Of a DNA stretch of 64,000 nucleotides, positions 48,773 to 64,000 are shown piece after piece. Position 1 is the stretch's first letter; every line of letters starts with the position of its first letter. The position numbers and the translations under genes are program-made. Below the pieces are notes generated by a model that saw only the letters and a list, made by a program, of their open reading frames with translations, was not told where the DNA came from and searched no databases. The stretch is from assembly GCA_963693365.1 (NCBI GenBank), contig CAVNZM010000003.1, forward strand, positions 12,739,252-12,803,251, written 5' to 3'. This DNA is from Amoebidium appalachense. Taxonomy: Eukaryota > Protista > Ichthyosporea.

Positions 48773-50021
48773 GTTGACATTCACAAGGCCGGAAAGGTAA
48801 ACGGTGTTGGTGTGTCAGAACAAAGTGGATGCAAAGGGAAGATGAATTGAGAAACGGGGAGAGAGAAAAGAAACTGGTTGGCACTAGCTGTCTTTCAGGT
48901 ATGCATATGTTACAGTCAATAGAGCTAGTGTTTTGCTCGCGAAACGAATAAAAGCATGTCCAGGTCTAGTGGGGTTGTTTTGTTGTAGCCGTTTAGAACT
49001 TGGACAAGGGTTGCCAATACTTGAACCGTTAACATTCTTGATCCCGGGGAGGGAATGCTAAAACATGGAAATCAAATCTGCTCTTTGGAACAATAAATTC
49101 GTCTATAACATTGCCAGGCATTACAAACTATATGAAAGTCACTGAAAACAACTTGTGGGTTGACAGTTGAAGGCGTTTTGGGTTTTGTTCCCTTTGCAGC
49201 CTGTTGCAGAGGAGGGTAGAAAATATCACGAATTTGCGCGCCAAAACTATACTTACCAAAAAGAGTAATAATTTCGAATGTCCGATTTGCTTCGAAAGAA
49301 TCATAACCATATATAGCTATTTGCGTTTTTGGCCCGAAAATTTGTGATATCTCGGGTCTAGCTGGTGCGCTGAACATGTTTTACGCGAAACGCTCGAAAA
49401 ACTTTCAGTTGATGGGCTTCGGCTTAGAAAGGGCTTCGTCTTCGCTTGTCCTTTCATAAAAATTAACATCTTAGTTTTGAGTTTATTGATCAGATTCGTC
49501 TTCTCTTTTCCCCTTTCCCGCTTAAGCCTTAGCTCAGCGAAAAGGCAGTAGTAGTGTAGGTCTGTGTGGCTCACACTCGAACATGTACGCCACTATTTAC
49601 GTTCTACTTTTTCCATGAGAAGGCTTCCCGGAACAAGGGTCATTACATATGACTGTCGTTGTTTTGCTTGTTTTGTCACAGCGTGCTCCCTGTTGTGTCA
49701 TGTCGGTCGCAAAAACGGTGACGGTACTGAACCAGATATATCGAGCCCCGAATAAACGTACGTGTATGGGCATCACGTACATTTGTCTGTCCATCTCGTT
49801 TTCAAGGCCTAGGCTTCTGTCAGTCTTCTTTCTCGCGATTCTTCTAGATTTCAGTCTTCCACGTTTATTCCCTTCGTTCAGGGAGCCCTTGGGGGAGGGT
49901 GGGGGAGACTCGGAGGGTGTTCATAGCGCATATGGGGTAGGGGGGGGAGGGAGGGGGGGTGGGTGGCCATGGGTGCACGTGTGTGTGTGTGTGTGGATGT
50001 GGGTGTGTGTGGGGGGGGCGG

Positions 50022-50055
<34 letters not shown>

Positions 50056-50075
50056 CCGGGGGGAGAGGGGGGGGG

Positions 50076-50135
<60 letters not shown>

Positions 50136-50765
50136 GGTGGCCCAGGTGGGGATACGTACGACTGAAGTACTTGGGATGTTTTTCCGATGTGAGGAGGGGG
50201 GGGGGGGGGGGGGGGGGGAGGGAGGGGGGGTCACTTGGGCTGAACAAACCCATTCGTGTAAACTAATGTCAAAAAAGAAGAAAGACCATGCTTGCAAACG
50301 CATGCATACACAACTACCGTGTGCACATCCTTGGTATTGTTTCCTCTTCATATTGAAATGTACACTTTTTTTTTTTTTTTTTTGCAGGACCCAGCTCCTG
50401 AATAAATTCTCACCGGCACAAAAACATTTGAATGTGTGATTGTGATTTCTGTACAAGGATAAACAGTGAATCCATGTGAATCCGAGAGTGAACATCCGTA
50501 TATGTGTACATGTGTCTCATAAAAACATGTGCTTTATAAATTTTTTTTTTAAAAAAGAAAAGGTGGGGAAAAAGATGGTTGTGTGATACATCTTGCATTA
50601 CCTCGTCTTACCTCGTGCAATTTAAAAGTGGTCAAGCCACATAATCTGACGAACCATCGTGTATGCAAGGAAATAGAAAGGAAAAAAGACCGAATGAGCA
50701 AGAGAACAACAAAGCAAAAACGTACGAAAGAGAGTGAAAACGATCAACAGTGTTACGGTGTTTTT

Positions 50766-51309
50766 TCAGAGCTCTTTCTGCTTGGGGAGGTTCGAGGAAC
50801 CAGTGACGTAGTTTGTTGCCTTGACGAGGGCAAGCTGGGCCACACCCACGGTGCTGGTCACAGTCTCGTACAGACGGGGGATGGTCTGCACGTGTGTACG
50901 TGTGTGTACGTGTGCATGTAGGCACGTGTGAGCATATTTGTGCACATGTACGCATGCGTATGTGTATGTGTGCACGTGTGGGTCGTAGCGGGTGTATGTT
51001 TGGTGTACAGTGGGTGGGTGGTTTGAGGAGAGGCAGGGGGGGATAGAGGTAGGGAAGGAGGGAAGGAGGGTGGGGGGGGGGAGAAGGAGAGACAGAACAG
51101 TATTGCGGTGTGGTTTTGAGTCTTTGATTGGGGGGGGGGGGGGGGGGGGGGGAGGCACACAGGAGCAGGGTCGGTGGGAACGGGGTAGACGAAAGTGGAA
51201 GTAACACTGGTCAGTGATTAGTCTCTCACCAGCTCCAAGGAATCCAAAACCTTTAGATATATCCCCCTCCCCCCCCCCCCCCCCCCCCAAAAGGCGCGCG
51301 CGCGCGTTT

Positions 51310-51340
<31 letters not shown>

Positions 51341-51535
51341 GGGAGGTTGGGGGGGAATGGGGGGAATATGTGGTTTGTGGGGCAGGATACAATGAAGGAG
51401 AAGGGAGCAAGCGAGTGAAGAGAACCCCGGAGTATGATGAGATTGGTCCTGCTCTCTTTTCTTCCCATTTCTTCTTTTTCTTCTCTTTTCTTTTTCTTTC
51501 TTTCTTTCTTTTTTTCTTTTTTCTTTTTCTTTTTT

Positions 51536-51566
<31 letters not shown>

Positions 51567-51829
51567 GGAGGGGGGGGGGAGGGGGGGGGGGGGGGGGGAG
51601 GGGGAGGGGGGAGGGGGGTATAGGGGGTAACGGGGGGTTCCCACATTAACAGCAATAAGAAGAGGGCGCAACAAAACGAAATTTCAGAAGAAGCATGTGG
51701 GAGTTGTCGGTGGACTTAATTACGACCCCAGGCGATGTTGGGGGGGGGGGAGGGGGAGGGGGGGGGGAACAAATATGCTGAGGCTTACAAGGTCCCGGGG
51801 GGATAGCCAACACAGGAAAATGGGGGGAA

Positions 51830-51864
<35 letters not shown>

Positions 51865-52819
51865 GGAGGCTAGACTACGGTACACAATGCAAAGCGATTG
51901 TTTGGACGTGTGATGTAATCAGGTTTTTAAAGAGAGCCCACACACAAGTTGACCGAGATAGGCAGAGCCTATCAGGGTAAGGGTTGGGTTGGGGAAAGGG
52001 GGGGAGGGGGGGACGGAAGGGGGAAGGAGGGGGGGGAAAGGAAAGGAAAGGAGATGAAGGAGGGAGGTGGGGTTGGGGAGGAAAGGGACAGGGGAAATCG
52101 GCAAGGGGGAGAGGAAGGGAGGAAAGGGGAGGGGGGGGGGGGGAAGACTGCGGCAGCGGGTGGGGCCGGGGGGGGGGGGGGGAGGGGGTGGAGAGAGGAG
52201 GAGGGTAGGAGGAGGGTAGGAGGAGGAGGAGGGGGGGGGGGGGGGAGGGGAAGAAGAACACCATACCTCTCTGATGCTGTCCAGGATGCACCACATGTCA
52301 CGGTGGAGGATGATGGTGTTTGTGGCCGGGTCGACCTTGAGGATCGTGAACTGACGGATACGCACAGGCAGCAGGCGAAGCACGTAGTAGAGCACGTCCG
52401 CTGAGAAAGAGACGGAGGGGCAAGAGCAGGACGGCAGGGGGGGGGGGGGGGGGGGGAAGTGGGTGAAAGGGAGGGAATAGGAGGGGAGAAGGGGATGTTA
52501 AGATGTGGCCAAACATGAGAGGCAAAGACGATTAAGAAAATCAGAGATGAAACACATAAAAACGAAAAAATTGACCTGACGGAAAATTCTGCCTACTGAC
52601 AAGAAACGGGCCCCGGGGGGGGGGGGGGGGAGGAAGAGGGGAGGGGAGGGGCGGATGCGTTCCGTAAACATCCGTTGTCAACGGGGTACAAATAGTGTTC
52701 ACGTATGAGTAGTTGCAGCAAAAATATCTTACAATTTCATGATGACAAAAGAAAATGTATGGAACATAAACACATGGAAATACAAAGCCAACAGGTGTAA
52801 TGTAGGTGGGAGGGGGGGG

Positions 52820-52860
<41 letters not shown>

Positions 52861-53083
52861 AGGGAAAACGGGGGAAGAGGGGGGGAGGGGAGAGAGAGGG
52901 AGGGAGAGAGAATGGCAGGGGAGAGGGCTAGGGGGAGAGAGAGAGGAGGGGGGAGGGAGGAAGAGGGGGGGGAAAGGGGGGGGGGGGGGGGGGGGGGGGG
53001 GAATAGAGGGAGAGAGAAACGAGTAACGTGATATGGTGTCACACGGAAAGGGGGATGGTTATGGCGGCGGCGGCGGTGGTGGT

Positions 53084-53174
<91 letters not shown>

Positions 53175-53520
53175 GCTAATATTTCGCTGATCCCCAGGAA
53201 TGAAGAGCAAGACGGAACGGACGAAGGGAGTGGAGAGGCTAAAGGTAGGGGGAGGAACCGGGGGAAGGGAGGAGGGGGCGGGGCTGTTGAGGGGAGGGGA
53301 GGGGGGGGAGGGGTGCAGGGAGGGGGGGGGGGGGGGGGGGTGGGGTAAATTACCCTCGATGAGGAGCCGGTTGTTTGCCGGGTCGGGGACGGACTTGTGG
53401 GAGATCACGTGATAGGGCACAAAGTACTGGCGCAAACCCTTGAAGACCAGGCGCACATTGGCCACACCGTACACACTGGTCATGGGGTCCTGTGTGTGTG
53501 TGTGTACGTGTGTGTGGGAG

Positions 53521-53568
<48 letters not shown>

Positions 53569-53781
53569 GTGTGGGAGGCGCGCGCGCGTGTGTGTGTGCG
53601 TGTGTGTGGGAGGCGTGTGTGTGTGTGTGTGTGCGTGCGTGTGTGTGGGAAGAGGGGGGAGGGGGGGGGGGGGGGGGGGAAGAGGCTTGTATGTGTGTGT
53701 GTGTGTGCGTGTGTGGGTAAGTGCATGTGTGCGAGTTTGTGTGTGATGTGCTTATGTAAGTTTGAGGGGCGGGATTTTCCG

Positions 53782-53813
<32 letters not shown>

Positions 53814-54505
53814 CTATATCTTTCTACACCATTCCTCACCTTGTCCTCTAAAGCACGGCCAACCGTTTACAAAACTCTTGTCCAATCCCCCCCCCCCCTC
53901 CCCCCCAAAAAAAAAAAAGAAAAAAAAAGATGCCAATGGGAGCATAATCCATGTGCGTGATCTTGTATTCCTTGTCCCCCCCCCCCCCCCCCCCCCCCCC
54001 CCTCCCCTCCCCCCCCCCAAAAGAAAAAAGAAAGAAAAAAAAAAAAAAGAAAAGAAATGAAAAGAAATGAAATGAAATGAAAAAAAAAAAGAAACGAGAA
54101 GGCAGAAAGCACACACATCTATGAAAGCGGCTGAAACTAGGAGCTTTACCAAAACAGTGGCACACGGGCAATGAAACGTGCACATTTGTATTCCATATTC
54201 CATCCCATACTAAGCACACTCGACACATAACACAAAAAAAAAACTTTGGAAACCAAAAAGGAGAGCCTCGGAAAAACCAGAAAAGCGAGAAAAAGACCAA
54301 AACTTTGAAAACAAAAAAAAGAGGTGTACGAACCACAAAGCATGCATACTTGTAATACATTGCAAACAAAAACCCAACAGAAGCACACGTACACAAATTG
54401 TGAAACAAGAAAACGAAAAAGGGAGGGGGTGAACACCACGAAGCAAGCGTCCTTGTGGTACATATCAAGCAAACACAGAGAAGAGCACATGCGCACACAC
54501 ACACA

Positions 54506-54554
<49 letters not shown>

Positions 54555-54711
54555 TGTTGTGCAAGGTAGCATTAAAAGGGGGGGAGGTACGTACGACGAA
54601 GCATGCGTCCTTGTGGTACATTGCAAAGGTGTCCTCCCACTCCGTCTCGCTGGTGTTGCTGTTGAACAGCCGCAGGAACGCAGCCTCTTTGCCCTTGAGG
54701 TCCACAGCCAT
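50766..54711 (-). CDS. NTF2-like/SnoaL-like protein, 4 coding exons, about 168 aa
   Basis: Exons 54711-54595, 53489-53354, 52400-52267, 50885-50766 are phase-consistent. Motifs [16 protein letters not shown] and IILHRDMW. A probable 5'UTR exon ends at the GTAAGT donor at about 55736. Confidence 0.8.
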
Positions 54712-54730
54712 CTGTGTGTGTGTGTGTACA

Positions 54731-54769
<39 letters not shown>

Positions 54770-54928
54770 GCGCGCGCGTGTGTGTATGTGTGTGTGTGTG
54801 TGCGTGTGCGTGTGCGTGTGCGTGTGTGTGTGCGTGTGCGTGTGTGTGTGCGTGCGTGCGCGCGCTACATGCGTGTGCGTACTGCATGTGTGGGTGTGCG
54901 TGTGCGTGTGCGTGTGCGTGTGCGTGCG

Positions 54929-54969
<41 letters not shown>

Positions 54970-55090
54970 TTCTCTGTCTCTCTCTCTGTGTGTATGTATG
55001 TGTGTATGTGCTTAGAGAGGGGGCAAAGGGGAAATGTTTCGTTAGCCTTCCCCGTTTTTTTCTTTTTTACCTTTTTTTCTTTCTTTCTTT

Positions 55091-55121
<31 letters not shown>

Positions 55122-55348
55122 GGGAGAAGGGCTTATACGAAATGCTAGCGAAAAGGAGAAGGGGAAGAGCGTAGAAAAATAATGCACGAACGAAGATTTT
55201 TGTCAAGTCCTCAAACAAAAGGCAGAGGGAGACGGGGGCGGTGGGCGGGGAGGATTTAGAGAGGATGGGTCGGGTTGGGAAGGGCACAGTTAGCAAAATG
55301 GTAACACAAAGGGCAGGCGGGTGGGTGGGTGGGCTGAATAGAGGAAGG

Positions 55349-55420
<72 letters not shown>

Positions 55421-55859
55421 TTTGACAGGAGTGTTGAGCGCAAATAGAAGGTATTGTTTTTCGACACCTCGGTCCTCTTTCAAGTGTACCTACAACAAAC
55501 AAAAAGCGGAGCAAAGAGGTGACAAAGAGAAAGCAGTAGCTGATTTGTTATCCACAATATTTGGTCACAAAGAAAAAGGGGGAAAATGCCAACAAGTGCA
55601 ACCTTCATAACTTCCCACACAAGGTTGACAGAAAAAATGGACAACCCAAATTCACAGGACTAGGTCTGAAAAATACACGCGTAAGAAAACCGTGCATAGA
55701 AACCAAGGTGAATACACCCGTAGAGCTCTCACTTACAGTTTTTTCAGAAAATTACGCACACACGTTAGCTTCCGTATGTTGGGGAAGTTTGACTTGTAGA
55801 AAACAAAACTGCGACGAGAAAACTTTGAAAAGTGGATGTGTGGGAGAGACAGAGGCCCT

Positions 55860-62534
<6,675 letters not shown>

Positions 62535-63089
62535 CCTTTAAAGAAACAAAGGGCTGTTGGGCCTTAAGAAACGAAGGGATCCTGTAGTGCTTAAAGAAAC
62601 AAAGGAAGGGTGGATGCGTGCTTGTGTGGGTGGTTGTAAGGTTTTTGGTAGGGTGAGTGAGTGAGAGAGAGGGGGAGAGGGAGAGAGAGTCCTTGTGTGT
62701 GTGCGTGTGTGCGTGCGTGTGTGTGTGTGTGCGTGTGTGTGTGGCGGTGGTGGGTGGGGGGGGGGGGGGGGGGTTGGGAGGGAGGGGGGCGGTTATAGAC
62801 GGTTTTTGAATTGTGGGTATTGGTTTTTGTGTGAAGGCAAGATTGGTTCTCTCTACGTGTCTTCCTCTACTTCTGCATTACTGTAACCTCAGGGCATTGG
62901 TTGTATGATCGTATGTGCTGGTGGGTGCACTGTGTATAGGTTTTGAGGTTTTGAGATAATACTTCTGAAGGGTAAGGGGTTGAAATCGCTGTGTGGGTAT
63001 GTGTGGGTGTGTGGTGGGGGTGGGGTGTCATGGGGGGTAGTTGGTGGTGGGTGTGCTGAGGGGGGGGGGGGGGGGGTAGGTGCGTCTGT

Positions 63090-63120
<31 letters not shown>

Positions 63121-64000
63121 GGGGGAGGGGGGAGGTGTGGAGGGGGAGGGGGGGGGGGGGGGGGGCGCTTGGGCAATGCCGTTGGGGGTATGTGGGCATG
63201 TTGTCGTTTTGCTGTCGCCTTTCTATGTTTTCTGCTTGTCTCCCGCGACCATGACTTAACACGAAATTTAGTTGTCTGATAACCATGCGTGTATGTGATA
63301 TGATGATTTTCTTACCCACCTCTGGGCCACAAATACCGAATTTCATATTCACGAAATTAAAAAAATCCTGTCTCGTCGATAATCCTTCTTTTTTAAGTCG
63401 TTTAAAAACATAGTGCTTGTAAAAACTTTTTTTGTCAATCCATTTGACAGTGTGTTATGTAGCAACCTTTGACCCTCTTTTCCCCCCCACACCGTTTATT
63501 TTTTGCAATATCGTAACGAGTGTGTACTGTAAGTTATGGCATGTTCCATTCAAGTTCTTTTACGTACATGATCAACAAAGAAGGGATTGTGCAAGTTGCT
63601 CGTGCCTAAGCCAGCCAGCCTCCCCCCCCCCCCCCCCCCCTCCCCCCCCCCCCCCCCCCAAAAAAAAAAAGAAAGAAAGAAAGAAAGAAAAAAATAAAGG
63701 GGAAAAAAAAAATAGTTATCACCACTACCACAGTTGGATCATGTTTTCCATGCGCACACACCATGGCACACACACACGTGTGCACAAACAAAACACCACG
63801 CACTCCCACGTGCACAGATGTTATAGTATTGCACATCCAGAAGAGTACCTCACGACACAAACGAAACCAAACAAACCTACTCTCCCACACGCACTGCGAA
63901 CCGAGTCTTCCACACGTACTTACAATACGCACACAGAAGAGCACTCGGTGACACCGTCACCGATTTTTTAAACACACACAATACCACCACCACATGCATG

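Overview
Eukaryotic genomic DNA with GT-AG introns packed with poly-C/poly-G, (CA)n/(GT)n and (GA)n tracts. Almost all ORFs in the six-frame track are microsatellite artefacts. A Ral GTPase and this intron style suggest a unicellular opisthokont/holozoan (inference). By reading splice sites I reconstructed these genes: the 3' part of GPR89/GPHR (+), a THEM6-like thioesterase pseudogene (-), metaxin (+, 12 exons), a type II membrane Methyltransf_22/METTL24-like gene (-), an intronless secreted PL14 polysaccharide lyase (-), a decayed coiled-coil/BTB/F-box-like/WD-like locus (-), an NTF2/SnoaL-like gene (-) and Ral (+). Mobile DNA includes a hAT MITE with an 8-bp TSD and a 2.1-kb CAC-ended TIR element in a Ral intron. 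The most interesting signal is a family of 5'-truncated, 3'-coterminal, structured non-coding retroposon-like elements that sit in and end in poly-C rather than poly-A. Other notable signals are (CA)n tracts running straight into 3' splice sites, (GT)m...(AC)n paired introns, and degraded 'echo' copies of exon boundaries next to microsatellites.
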